Shown here: positions 50,513 through 64,000 of the stretch, piece by piece
Layout: every line of letters begins with the position of its first letter
Numbering within the stretch: the first letter of the stretch is position 1
From: Octopus sinensis
Lineage: Eukaryota
Assembly: GCF_006345805.1 (NCBI RefSeq)
Contig: NC_043001.1
Span: 129,890,001-129,954,000 of the forward strand
Length of the DNA: 64,000 bases
Reading direction: 5' to 3'
Translations under genes and position numbers: made by a program
The notes under the pieces: generated by a model
The model's input: the letters and a program-made list of their open reading frames with translations, nothing else
Databases searched by the model: none
What the model was told of the DNA's origin: nothing

Positions 50513-51846
50513 CCTCAATGGGATATGAACCCAAAATGTAAAAAGCTAGAAGCAAACTTATATAATTATGACTAATTCTTCAAGATAACTTCTATGCATC
50601 ATCAAAATTAAAAATTTTAATTAAAACATTATTCTGAACACTAGTTAAGTACTGAAATTTTCATCTTTACAAATCAAGTGATAGCAACAAGTTGTATACC
50701 ATTATCTACACAATGCTGAATTGGAGTGTTCCATTGAAGTGTAAATGAGTACCATAGAGAGGCACAGTTCTACACAGAAAAGGTTTTGCAAAATTGGGTT
50801 GTGGTTTCTTAGTTTTCAGTGTTGAGTATGAATAAGAAGAATGGAGTCACTATGGTGTCTGCTGTTTTTGTTTTTTAATCTTCATGGTATACTAGCGTCA
50901 TATAAAGTTTACAAGATGGTAGTATACTATGATGGTTAAAAAACAAAAACAGAGTATACCATAGGGATTTCTGGTTTTCTTATCCAATACAATGAAGACT
51001 TTAGTACTGTTGTAAAAAATAGTTGGCTATGGAACATAATATTCTTTTAAAAGTTTTGTTCTTAATTTTGTAAGTCTGAAAATTTCTATAAAACTGAACA
51101 GTAGAATGGTCTTACTATTGGTTAATGTGTGTGTGTGTGTGTTTGTTTGATTTTTTGTTTTTTTTCTTTGAGTGGGTGATTAGACATTTCTTGCTGAAAT
51201 GTATTACAATGTAAAATGAAAGGAAGTGAACTATTTCACTTTCCCGGGGTCTTAAATACAAGGCCATACCATTCTTTTAGGCACAATAATAACCATTATC
51301 ATGGACATAACTGCTATGCTAATACAAATTGAACAAATTGAGAGTTGAAAATATTTAAGAACTTCAATATTGTTTTTTTTATAGAAAAAAAAAATCAATA
51401 TCATTCATATATTTTATTTCTTATTCTTGCATTTTTTTACAGGATGGAGTTCATCCATGGCATTTCAAAATTTTACTGATTTTTAACGGGATGCTACTTA
51501 TCAAGCTAATATTTGCTGCACAATATGACTTAAGTGCTGCATTATTTATTATGCATGAACTGGAGAAAGAAAGGGAAGAATCTCAGCATTCCTATATAAA
51601 GAAAAGTATATGTTGGGGGAAGAAAAAAAAATTAAGAAATAAACATAATTCTTCAAGAATTGATTGATTATTGATTTCTGGTTCCAATAAATAGTTGTGG
51701 GGAAAGAGATTCAAAAACTGAAGAAGTAAAAGAGGAAAGAAGAAACAGTAAATAACTTGAATAGAAAGTTGTAAGCTTTAATTAGATAAACAAGCTATTT
51801 GTAATATCAAGTCAGTGTATTCTATAGTGTTGTGTATCAATATACT

Positions 51847-51848
<2 letters not shown>

Positions 51849-51890
<42 letters not shown>

Positions 51891-52154
51891 TGCATACATA
51901 TATCTATATATATATATATACATACATACATACACACGCACACACAAATATATATATATATGTATGTATATACATATATATATATATATACACTCACACA
52001 CACACATATATACACATACATGTATATACACACAGATACATATATATACACACACAGATACATATATATATATACATACATACAGACATACATATATATA
52101 CACATATATACATACACATACATACATACATACATACATACATACATACATACA

Positions 52155-52186
<32 letters not shown>
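51849..52186. repeat. (TA)/(CA)/(TACA) compound microsatellite
   Basis: Directly visible. Confidence 0.95.
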
Positions 52187-52545
52187 GTAATAATAATGGC
52201 CTCTTCCGTCATTAGACGACGCTTGTTCTTACCGAACAACCACACAAAGGATTTGTTTATAGTGATCAGATGTTTGTGTAGACATAAGCTCACTCTTTCC
52301 ATCAGATCGACACTACCTGTACAGGTGCAATGGGTACCACATGTCAGATATCAAAATGATTGCAGAGCAACGTGAAAATGAAGTGTTTTGCTCAAGAACA
52401 CAACACCCAACCTGGTAATCAAACCCATGATCATGCAAACATGAAGGCAACACCTTAACGACCAACCCATGCATTTTCACACACACACATACACACATAT
52501 AACTTGTACCGTTGGTAACGTCCTGTACCCATATATACATGTATA

Positions 52546-52576
<31 letters not shown>

Positions 52577-52886
52577 TATTTATATATATATATATATTAT
52601 TTATTATTTATTAAAATTTTTGTGTATTGATTAAGTCTTTCCTTGTTTGTTTTGCAAAATAGTGGTTTTGTCTCTAATAATATTTTATAATATTTTACTA
52701 TAAAATTGGATTTAATCCTAAATCTGATTTTTTCCCTGTAAATTTGGATTTATTCCCTAATATTTATTATTATATATATATATATTATATATATATAATC
52801 CTCATTATTTAACATCCATCGTCCATACTGGCATGTGTTGAATGGTGTGTACACACACACACACATATACATACAAATTGGTGTTT

Positions 52887-53146
52887 GTGCAGGTGGCACG
52901 TAAAAAACACCATTTTCGAGTGTGGCCATTGCCAGTACTGCCAGACTGGCCCTCGTGCTGGTGGCACTTTAAAAGCACCCACTACACTCTCAGAGTAGTT
53001 GGCATTAGGAAGGGCATCCAGCTGTAAAAACTCTGCCAGATCAGATTAGAGCCTGGTGCAGCTATCTGGTTCACCAGTCCTCAGTCAAATCGTCCAACCC
53101 ATGCTAGCATGGAAAGCGGACGTTAAACGATGATGATAATGACGAT
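52887..53146 (+). mobile_element. Retroposon family C
   Basis: Family C core and tail. Confidence 0.82.
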
Positions 53147-56114
53147 ACATTTATATATATATACATATACACACACACATACACATATATATATATTTGG
53201 GGATTCATATTTATGCACACATACATATACATGTGTCATCATCATTTAATGTCCATCTTTCATGCTGGCATGGGTTGGATGGTATGTGTGTGTACACAAG
53301 CATGCACACATATTTATATTTAAAATAGTTAAACTACAGTTATTAAAGCCTTTACTGTGAAATATCAAAAGATGCTTCAGGGTTTGTTAACATCTTATCA
53401 ATAGAATAACTGATACTTAATTCCTTTATCCAGAAAGAGATCTTATAGCTTAACTACTTTCAATATACCTTAGGCACTGGCTTAAGATGAATTTTAGGTT
53501 TCCTCAACCTATTTTGTAAATAACAGTTTACTTTTTGAATACTAGTACTTTCTTTGAATATATGAACAATTATACTCCTTTATTTTGGTTTCTACAATAT
53601 CTCCCAACATGCTGAGACCCATGTTGATTGTGCCACCCTATTTTTAATCTCTCCTTTCTCTTAAATTTAACGTCCACTTTTCCATTTTTGCATGAGGCAG
53701 ATAAAATTTGTTGATGCAGATCTTCTATGGTTGGATACCCTGCCACCAACACTTACAGTAAAAATTATAATTTAACAGATTATCATCATCATCATCATTT
53801 TTGTCCACTGTCCATGCTGGCATGGGTTGTACAGTTTGATCAGGACTGGCAGGCTGAGGGGCTACATGAGACTAGCCTAATTTGGCATGGTTTTTATGAC
53901 AGGATACCAAAAAAGCGGATCTTTTTGAATGAACATCTCTAGCAGATGAGTTGTCCAGTACTGAAGAAGGGCAGAAATAGCCTAAAACCAGGCTGGTATA
54001 CTAGCCCCATCGTTAGAAGGTGGTAGGAGTTTGCTCCCCTGCTTGCAATATATTGAATGCAGGTGTGCATCATTAACCAGCTAGAGGAGATGTCCTCTAA
54101 GGATTAAAAAATTGCACTAATGTCCATTCGAATGGAACAACCATGTTGAAGTGGCTACAAACATTACTTGCTAGAATTACATTATTAAATGAAAAATAAT
54201 TTAAAATCCTAGTGTAATATAAAGTGGAAGCAGATGTAAGATCAATGATTCAAAGTAAAACAGAACTAGGGTAAGGAAGGAAACCTAAACTATATGTTAT
54301 AAATCATAATACACCTTCTGCTTGACTTATGACCTATGTGACTTACAGCCATCTGTACTTACGACAACAAAACAAAGTATATATTATGTATTTTTCACAA
54401 TAATTATGGATTAAATTTTTGTGTTTTATAATTTTATAACCCATTTAAGTGAAAATAGTGTTGAAAAATATAAATAAGACATATGATCATCTCAACTTAT
54501 AACCAGTCCGTCAGAACGGAACTCAGACATAAGTTGAGGTGAAGGTGTATATGCTACTATTTTAGATTTTAGATTATTTGCTCTAAGTAATTCTTGATAC
54601 CATTAAGTGCTTAGCTGTTATGTTACTATCGATGCCAGATTAGAAGCTAAAATATTCCTTGTTTAAAATTCTAGTCACTTAAACTTTGGGAATTGTTCAA
54701 TCAAGAGAAAAGTGATTCTGAAATTACTTAAAAGATGGCTAGTATAAGGACTAGAAGTTCATGTGACTTAATCTACACAATATTACCGGAATATGAATAA
54801 GAAAGGAGCCAACAAATGATAGCTGTAGACTGATCTATTTTTTCACTTGAGTGAATATGAGTAAGGAGCAAGATGTCCTCACATTCACCAGCAAAGATTA
54901 TCAAGAAGACAAAAGTATCTGTTCCTTCCCAGAAACACAGAAGTTGGAACGAGTCAGACGCATGTAAAAGGACTATGAACTCATCAAAGTAATTGATGGG
55001 GATGCAAACTAATGCATGCATGAATCTATACAACTAAGTAAGTACTTGAAGCAGCAGTCCCTACACCATTGTCAGTACTACTTCTACTGCCAGCAACAGC
55101 ACAATCAGCATCATCATTATGAAAAAGTGAAAATATCAGCTGATTAACAGTATCTTATAGGATGGCATATTACGTAGTCATCTGTGAATGTGAACCTGTA
55201 TGTATAAGAGTCTATCTATGAGTGTACTGGGAGTTTAAATGCTTACAAGGAGAAGAGAAGAGAAATTAGTTGTTACAGCATGCAATGCTTTTGATAGTGA
55301 TAAAAACACCATCACCACTTTCACTGACTGCCATCACCTCCAACACCAACATCACAAACAACAATGCATTGATGCTTTAGCTTTGTAGTCCCATATATTC
55401 ATTGATATGTAATCATTATGTGCAAATTCTTTGTTATACGAAGACAGATAATCTTATTGGCGGGGGTGCTGATGGTGATGCGATAGTGGTATGGTAAGAA
55501 AAGAGGACTACTAACTACAAAGATGCCAACAAAAATCATGCAATGACTAATGAAAATAAATCTTGATAAGAGCTGCAATTTCCATTTCCTCTAATCCTTA
55601 AACATTACTCCCTTTTTCTTTCAATACAATGAACAACTAATTGCTAATGACGAGCAAACATTGTACCAGCTTCTTTTTGATTTCCTTTTACTGACACAGG
55701 CAAGAAGATTCTTAGCAAAGAAGACACAATTTCCATTTTATTGCTAGTGAAAGTTGGCTTTGGAGTATGTATGTGTATGTGTGTTGGGTGGATGGAAAGA
55801 AGGTGCAGAGTCTATCATAACTAATTTCCAATTACCATTTGATAAATAGATTAGAAATGGTTTAATATAGCCACTTGTCCCTGCTGATATCCCAAGTGCT
55901 TCACAGCAAACTATAATCTGCATACTTATCATACAATCTCACAACAATAGCCAGTTTTTCTTATTTATTACTACTGGGGTATCCCTGTCATCAAAACTGA
56001 CAGCTATATCAATCCTAATATTCTTTGTAGTTATAAAATGTTTGACTTTTCTTTGATTTCAGTTATTTATTTAAAGCTTAATTTTCAGCAAGATTTCAAC
56101 TATTATTTTTACCT

Positions 56115-56540
56115 CTTCTCTTTTACACTTTTTAATCATTAGACTGCAGCCATGATACGGCTACGGCATCACCTTGGGGAGTTTATTCGCTTTTTTTTTT
56201 TGTTTTAAGTCAAATGAATCGACCCCATTTTGTATTTTTAAAAAAAATTTGGTACTTATTCTATAGACCTCTTTGGTGAATCACTAGGTTACAAGGACAA
56301 AAACACACCAACACTGGTTGTCAAGTGGTGGAGGGGAACAAACACAGACACAAACACACACACACACACACATACATGACAGGCTTCTTTCAGTTTCTGT
56401 CTACCAAATCCACTCACAAAGCCGTGGTTGGCTTGAGACTTTAGTAGGAGAGACTTGCCAAAACTGTCAGGCAGTGGGACTGAACCCAAAACCATATGGT
56501 TGGTAAGCAAGCTTCTTAGCACACAACCATGCCTGCACCT
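56115..56540 (-). mobile_element. Diverged SINE family B
   Basis: GGCTTCTTTCAGTTTCTGTCTACCAAATCCACTCACAAAG..GTGGGACTGAACCC. Confidence 0.75.
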
Positions 56541-56821
56541 ATTTGCTTATTTTCCTTGGCACTCGTTTTTTAAAATATTATTTCAAGAATTAACTTATAT
56601 AAAAATAATATAATCCCTTAATTGAAAATAAATCTGCAGGTATTGCTGTAAGGTTAAGAAACTCACTTTGTAACTAAATGGTTTCAGGTTCAGTCCCACT
56701 GAGTGGTACCTTGAGCAAGTGTCTTCTACCATAGTCCTAAGTCCACCAAAGCCTTGTGAGTAAATTTGCTAGGCAGAAAATGTGTGGAATTCTATCATAT
56801 ATTATTATTATTATAATTATT

Positions 56822-57037
56822 AAGGCAATGAGCTGGCAGAATCATTAGCATGCCATCCAAAACGCTTAGTGGCATTTTGTCTACCTTTACATTCTGAGTT
56901 CAAATTCTGCTGAGATCAACTTTGCCTTTCATCCTTTTGGGGGTTGATAAATTAAGTACCAGTAGAGTACTGGGGTCAATGTTATTGACCAGTCCCCTCC
57001 CAACAAAATTCAGGCCATATGCCTATAGCAGAAAGGA
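56822..57037 (+). mobile_element. SINE family D running into a long ATT tail
   Basis: AAGGCAATGAGCTGGCAGAATC..GCCTTTCATCCTTTTGGGGTTGATAAATTAAGTACC..GAAAGGATTATT. Confidence 0.85.
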
Positions 57038-57525
57038 TTATTATTATTACTATTATTACTATTATTATTATTACTATTACTATTATTACTACTATTATTA
57101 CTATTATTATTATTATTGCTATTATTACTATTATTATTATTATTACTATTATTACTATTACTATTATTATTATTATTACCATTATTACTATTACTATTAT
57201 TACTATTATTATTATTACTATTATTACTATTATTATTATTAATACTATTATTACTATTATTATTATTATTACTATTATACTATTATTATTATTATTTTAC
57301 TATTATTATTATTATTATTATTATACTATTATTATTATTATTATTATTATTACTATTATTATTATTATATTACTATTATTAGTATTATTATTACTATATT
57401 ACTATTATTACTATTATATTATTATTATTATATATTACTATTATTATTATATTATTACTATTATTATATTATTATTACTATTATTATTATTACTATTATT
57501 ATTATTATTACTACTATTATTACTA

Positions 57526-57556
<31 letters not shown>

Positions 57557-57570
57557 TGTTATTATTATTA
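57037..57570. repeat. ~530-bp (TAT)/(TAC) microsatellite
   Basis: Directly visible; source of the poly-I/Y/L ORFs. Confidence 0.95.
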
Positions 57571-58311
57571 AGAAGTGGACAGCAGGAATAGTAGAGACCT
57601 AGACAAAACAATCTAAACATTTAGTTATATTTTTATTAATTTAATTTGGTTTTGTGTTCAAATTCGTGGGGAATTACAATATTCTTCTAGATTCAATGCA
57701 GTAAAAGACAATTTTGAACTGGTTTAAACAAATGTAGTGTCTCCAAAATTTGTGGTCTTGCATGAAAGAAATCCTTATTCCACCCTAGCCAAAAAAATTA
57801 ACATATATATTTTAAAACATAAAAGTTATTTTCATGGCTGTAACATTAAAGGAAATTTAAGAATGATGATGGAACATTTACTGATGAGAGTAATCAATGC
57901 AGAAAAAATAAAATTTGTTATGAAGTTAGTTTTGACTGTGACTTGAAGCTTCACATTGTGGCCTATTAAATGGATGGATAGACTAAGCTTCTATCAGGCA
58001 AATCTTGAAGTCCCTGTCAAACCTATTTTGCATTATACGTATAAATCTATCTATTTATATATCTCTCTCTTTCTCGCTATACACACACACACACACCACA
58101 CACACACACACACATATATATATAGCTGCTTATATAAAAATATGTTAATTTCTTTGCTGAATGTGTTTATGTGAATTTGTGTTTAAGTTATACTATATAC
58201 ACTTACACGTGCATATACAATTATTTTGAAAGAGATTCATTGAAGAAGTTTAAAATTTGACATATGAATGCCAAAAAGCAAACAAACACACAACCTGAAT
58301 TTTACCAAAAT

Positions 58312-58380
<69 letters not shown>

Positions 58381-59021
58381 TCAGTGGCATAATGACTTGT
58401 TCTTTGGAAAATGTAGAAATGAATAATGATTTTTGCATACAAGACAAATATTTAAAAGCTGATTCCCGCCCAATAAACATTTTTAAGGATGCAGAGGTAA
58501 AAAAAAAAACAAAAAAAAAACTGATACACAAAAGAAAATTCAGATGTTTGAGGCGACACCAAGTCTTTTACGAATGTTATGACCTATTATTGTAATTTTT
58601 TTTTTTAACTGTAAATTGACTTTTTTTTAAACTCCTCAAATATATTTCTGGAAACATAACTAAAATAACAAGAGAAAAATTACAATTTTTGTTGGAACAA
58701 TTTGATATATTTCCTTTTGTCACAGACAAATAAACTCTGGTCTCATCAATAAAACTTAAATGATTTCTTTTGTTTGTTTTCTTCCACTGTTACTGAGTGT
58801 AGTTTCAGTAGGATATGGGGGACAGAGTCCATCACTATCAACTCAAAGCAAATTTTAATATACTTCATTAAACATAAACACAAGCACGGCTGTGTGCTTA
58901 AAAAGCAACCACATGACTTCTTGCTTCAGTCCCATGGCGTGGAATCTTGGGTAAGTATCTTCTACTATAGCTCTGAATCTGGTGAGCAGAAACTGTATAA
59001 AATCCTATCATATATGTATAT

Positions 59022-59320
59022 GTGAAGGCACATGGCCTAGTGGTTAGAGCAGTGGACTTGAGGTTGAGGGATCGCAGGTTTGAATCTCAGACCGGACGAT
59101 GTGTGTGTTTATGAGCGAAACACCTAAGATCCATGCGGCTCCGGCAGAAGGTGATGGCAAACTTCTGCTGACTCTTTCGCCACAACTTTCTCTCACTCTT
59201 TCCTCCTGCATTTTGCAGCTCACCTGCGATGGACTGGCGTCCCTTCCAGGTGGGGAACCTATACACCAAGGAAACCAGGAAACTGGCCCTTATGAGCCGG
59301 GCATGGCTCGAGAAGGAACA
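59022..59320 (+). mobile_element. tRNA-derived SINE: family A-type head and body plus GATGGACTGGCGTCC-type tail
   Basis: GAGCGAAACACCTAAG..GGCTCCGGCAG..CACAACTTTCTCTCACTCTT is shared with family A; tail shared with 15266; ATATATGTATAT on both flanks. Confidence 0.8.
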
Positions 59321-59641
59321 ATATATGTATATACTTATGTCATCTAAAGGTCCATAAGTCAAGAGAAAGGTATACTTGTATATCTGTAAATAGAGTGGGT
59401 ATATTATTTGAAGTGTACAGTATTATTCATCCATCACAGCCAATCTTTCCAATTAGTTTCATACCAGGGATACAATGGAGTATTAGGTAACAATCTGATT
59501 ATGTAACCCTATATTCATCAGAGGTAGCTGATATGGAATGGAATATGGCAACTGCTCTCTATTGTTGGAGGTGAATGGACACATCCAGTTTGTGGTTGCT
59601 GTGAAAAGATGATGAAATGAAACAAGTTGAGGATTACTTAC

Positions 59642-59680
<39 letters not shown>

Positions 59681-59683
<3 letters not shown>

Positions 59684-60109
59684 TATGGGCTTCTTTCGGT
59701 TTTCATCTACCAAATCTATGCACAAAGTTTTAGTTAATCCAAGGCTATTGTAGAAGACACTTGCCCAAGGTGCCACACAGTGGGACTGAACCTGGAACCA
59801 TTTGGTTGGGAAGCAAGCTTCTTACCACACAGCCATACCTGCACCTAGTATGTTTGTATATACGCATGCATATGTGTTTATCTTACCACCACTTCTTGTC
59901 AACCGGTGTTTGTTTATTTACATCCCCATAGTTTAGAGGTTTGGCAAAAGAGATAATAAAATAAGTACCAGGCTTAAAAACAAGTAATGGGATTGATTTG
60001 TTCAACTAAACCCTACAAGGTAGTGCCCCAGAATGGCCACAGCCAAATGACTGAAACAAGTATAAGAGAAAAAGATATCTGTACACAACGACTATCAATA
60101 GACACATAA

Positions 60110-60145
<36 letters not shown>

Positions 60146-60588
60146 TATGGGCTTCTTTCGGTTTTCATCTACCAAATCTATGCAGAAAGTTTTAGTTAAT
60201 CCAAGGCTATTGTAGAAGACACTTGCCCAAGGTGCCACACAGTGGGACTGAACCTGGAACCATTTGGTTGGGAAGCAAGCTTCTTACCACACAGCCATAC
60301 CTGCACCTAGTATGTTTGTATATACGCATGCATATGTGTTTATCTTACCACCACTTCTTGTCAACCGGTGTTTGTTTATTTACATCCCCATAGTTTAGAG
60401 GTTTGGCAAAAGAGATAATAAAATAAGTACCAGGCTTAAAAACAAGTAATGGGATTGATTTGTTCAACTAAACCCTACAAGGTAGTGCCCCAGAATGGCC
60501 ACAGCCAAATGACTGAAACAAGTATAAGAGAAAAAGATATCTGTACACAACGACTATCAATAGACACATAAATATATATATATATATG
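59681..60588. repeat. 462-bp tandem duplication of a rearranged family B SINE
   Basis: Units start at 59681 and 60143; I see one substitution (ATGCACAAAG vs ATGCAGAAAG); bounded by TA tracts. Confidence 0.92.
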
Positions 60589-60685
60589 TTAGTAGAAGTG
60601 GAAAAAAATGAAAACAATACTAGGAAATGAAACAAAATTCAGTGAAACTTAGTACTGAACATACAGCATATGTTTATTTATGTAT

Positions 60686-61072
60686 GTGGAGGCGCAATGG
60701 CCCAGTGGTTATGGCAACAGACTCGTGGTCATAGGATCGCGGTTTCGATTCCCAGACCGGGCGCTGTGAGTGTTTATTGAGCGAAAACACCTAAAAAAGC
60801 TCCACGATGCTCCGGCAGGGGATGGAGGTGATCCCTGCTGTACTCTTTCACCACAACTTTCTCTCAATCTTACTTCCTGTTTCTGTTGTACCTGTATTTC
60901 AAGGGGCTGGCCTTGTCACTCTCTGTGTCACGCTGAATATCCCCGAGAACTACGTTAAGGGTACACGTGTCTGTGGAGTGCTCAGCCACTTACACGTTAA
61001 TTTCACGAGCAGGCTGTTCCGTTGATTTGGATCAACTGGAACCCTCGTCGTCGTAACCGACGGAGTGCTTCC
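60686..61072 (+). mobile_element. SINE family A, full length, 10-bp TSD
   Basis: ATTTATGTAT at 60676-60685 and 61073-61082. Confidence 0.92.
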
Positions 61073-61424
61073 ATTTATGTATATGCTAATGTTTTTGTTT
61101 GAATTTCTGAGATGTAATATCTAACAGATCTTTCTCTTAACTGTTGCTATTACATTTCAACTGGTGTACTCTACAACCTTCTTCAGGTGTAATTTGTTAA
61201 CAGTTGCAGTCTGATGCTCATTCCAAGGAAACTCAACTATTAAGTTTTCTTCCACTTTTGACACCACATGATCACTGTGTTGAACCAGAGCATATACAAA
61301 CTCACTGACATAGGGGCTGACCTCTCATATCCACTGGGAGAGCAACAATACTTAATTCATGTTCAATAGTTATATTTATGATCCTATTGACTTATAGGTA
61401 TCACACATAAAGTATAATATACTT

Positions 61425-61890
61425 GTATGCATGTGTGTGTGTGTGTGTGTGTATGTGTTTGCGTGTGTGTATATATATGTATATATGTGTGTGTATATAT
61501 ATTTTATATATATGTTTGTATATATATGTATATATATATATGAATATATATATATATGTATATATATGTATATGTATATATATGTATATACATATATATG
61601 TATACACACATATACATACACACACATATATATATACAGACATATATATATACATACATATATACATACATATATACATATATATACATAATATATATAC
61701 ATACCTATATACATACATATATACATATATATATACATATATATATATACATACACATATATACATACATACATATATATACATAATATATATACATCAT
61801 ATGTGTATATATACACACACATACAAATACATTATACTCTATGCATGATACTTATGTATATATTATCTATCTATATATATATATGTATAT
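61425..61890. repeat. (TG)/(TA)/(TACA) compound microsatellite
   Basis: Directly visible. Confidence 0.95.
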
Positions 61891-64000
61891 AAAACAGTGA
61901 ATAAATGTGCATCTATGTATATGTCAATTCCAGTGAGATGCAACAAATTATAAATCAAAAACAAAGATAAATAAACAACAAAATCTGAATCTTAGTTTGG
62001 ACAACAACTAATTACTATAGAAATTGTCTCAGTGGTGAAAGGAAAAGGATAAGATGATAACACTGATGATAAGAGGCTGTAAAATATTTAACTGATAGCT
62101 TACTTTGAACACAATGAACAAGGTAGCTTTTAGCTGCTGTAGAGGTGTTACAATGAGTCAAGACATCACTGGAGCTGGAAGCATTGAATTAAGACAGAAT
62201 TTAGCAATTGCAAAAGTGTTAAGATGTACAGAGATAAATATCTGAACAACACTTGAGCTGGGAATATTGAACTATTTAGGGAACCAACTGGGAATATTGA
62301 ATATATAGCTGTTATAAAAGGTCTTTCAATGTATTGAGTTAATTGCTAAGACAATTGAGATACTAGAATAGGCCTTAGGGGCCAATCTGTGACTGCATTG
62401 AATAAGGGACTTTATTTCCAATAGGAAGTAACCAAAAGCAAAACACCAACTGAAGCCAGGAGCAATTTCTGTCTCAAAAATGGTTATGAGCCATCTCTTT
62501 TCATTCGTGAAGTTCAGATTGGTTGTCAATGTTACCAATGAGCGTTATGGTTTGAATAACTCCAACTAGGTGAGAGGCTAAGACTGAGAACACAAGTCCA
62601 AAGACATGTAATGATATACAATAAATATACACTTAGATATTAATTCCTTATTTTCATAATTTCTTATTCTTTTTCTGGAATCTGCATGCAAATTAAAAAC
62701 ATAATTAATAAAATTTTAGGAGCTGGTTATCTTGGAAATAAAAACGTAATTTAAATAAGCTTCTAGCAAACAAGGTCTGACTCTTAATTTGATTCCTGGC
62801 AGTGGTTATTTCATTTACTCTTGGGAAATATATGAGTTTTACAATTGTGATTTTTCCCCCAAATGTGTAAATCTTGCTTACTGTTGTAAAAATGTAGTGA
62901 GGCATCTCCAACAAGCAAGTTAATACATGTGTAACCTAACATACATTATTATGTAGCTTGCAACTTCCATATGAGTAATTACATTTGCATATTTTTCTGC
63001 ATTTCAAAAAAAAATCATTTGCTGCACTTGACTAACAATTTTATTTTGTTTTATTTCGTAATATACTATCAGTTATATTTTTAGATTTTGCACATTTAAT
63101 AGTATGTTTAATAATGTTGAAATACTAAAATCATTTAATTAATATAATGGCTTAAATTAAAAATGTCTCCCCCAGACCCTTCCTCAAAATATTCTGATAA
63201 AAAGGGGGGTGGGGGGAATCTGTTCCAAATTTGATTTCATTCTTGGCATACATCTCAATCATGCCACCTAAACTCATAAAATCAGTCAGACTACTGTAAA
63301 CAATTGTTTACAATTTGATAAAGCCAAGATCTTAGTGAAAGCACATTCTAATATTCTGAGAATGAAAAAACCACTTACTAAAAGCTAAGCAAATATGTTT
63401 CTTCTTAATTTACCCTCACACAAATAAAATTCCTTAAAAACTTAGGAAAATTTAATATATTTATTTTTATAACAATTAGTAAAATAATATTTTGATTGGT
63501 TATAAGTTTCCAACAGATCAATCACTTGTCCACTGCCTCTGATGGTGAGGGGAAACAATTCTTGTTGCATAATGTGAAAAAACCACCACCGCCATCATCA
63601 TTCAGCATACCCTTCATCATATCCGACAGTGTTGGCATACCCCATGTGAAGAATATAGTGTAAAGAGGTTGGATACCACAGAACAGACAACAGACGTATT
63701 ATTTGTTATTGATTTATTTTTGTTTATTTTTGTAATGTATTATAAGTTTTATTTTTATATTCTATGCATTTAACATCATGTTTAATGATATTGAATTACA
63801 AAAATTGTTTAATAGCTTAAATTAAAAATATCTCTGAGAGTGTTTGTAACTTGGGAAAGAATAAACTCACCAGTAACTTCACTGAAAAAGAGCTTGTCTT
63901 TCAGTTTTCTAACTGAAACTTACATCATTTCACAAGGTAATACAATAACATGCATGCATGAATACATATAAACTAAAAGATTCAACTTCTGGCTACCAAA

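Noticed and set aside
55880-56030. IDIAVSFD..EALGI (RLE-like); also 62330-62440 IRDFISNRK (CR1-like RT) and 8900-9180 (APE-like)
   Set aside because: Probably ancient LINE debris, but too degraded to call without a profile search
5955-61025. Recurrent similar ORFs (e.g. LLSVSVYQIHSQG, MFIERKHLKLHE, FYVPPA) that look like a gene family
   Set aside because: They are translations of SINE families A-C; starts, stops and frames are inconsistent between copies
775-61848. Numerous ORFs rich in YI/CV/HT or poly-I, T, N, Y, L
   Set aside because: They are read-throughs of di- and trinucleotide microsatellites

Overview
AT-rich eukaryotic non-coding DNA, most likely an intron or intergenic region of a coleoid cephalopod such as Octopus. 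That assignment is inferred from the SINE and microsatellite landscape and is not verified. I found no intact protein-coding gene; nearly all track ORFs are microsatellite or SINE read-throughs. The window holds dozens of SINE-like copies in five families (my labels A-E), several with target-site duplications (TSDs). It also holds decayed remnants of many transposon superfamilies: hAT, mariner, Tc1, Merlin, a piggyBac-like MITE, two Helitrons, an RTE LINE, an R4/Dong-type RLE element inside (TAA)n, and a Penelope GIY-YIG domain. There is also a 66-bp 5' fragment of 18S rRNA. The most interesting signals are a minimal type-I hammerhead ribozyme with the compensatory U3-A8 core (13881-13924), head/tail swapping among SINEs, perfect 33-bp and 46-bp inverted repeats, and a 462-bp near-identical tandem duplication. 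I do not see a convincing new protein-coding system. Family names come from motif recognition, not database searches.
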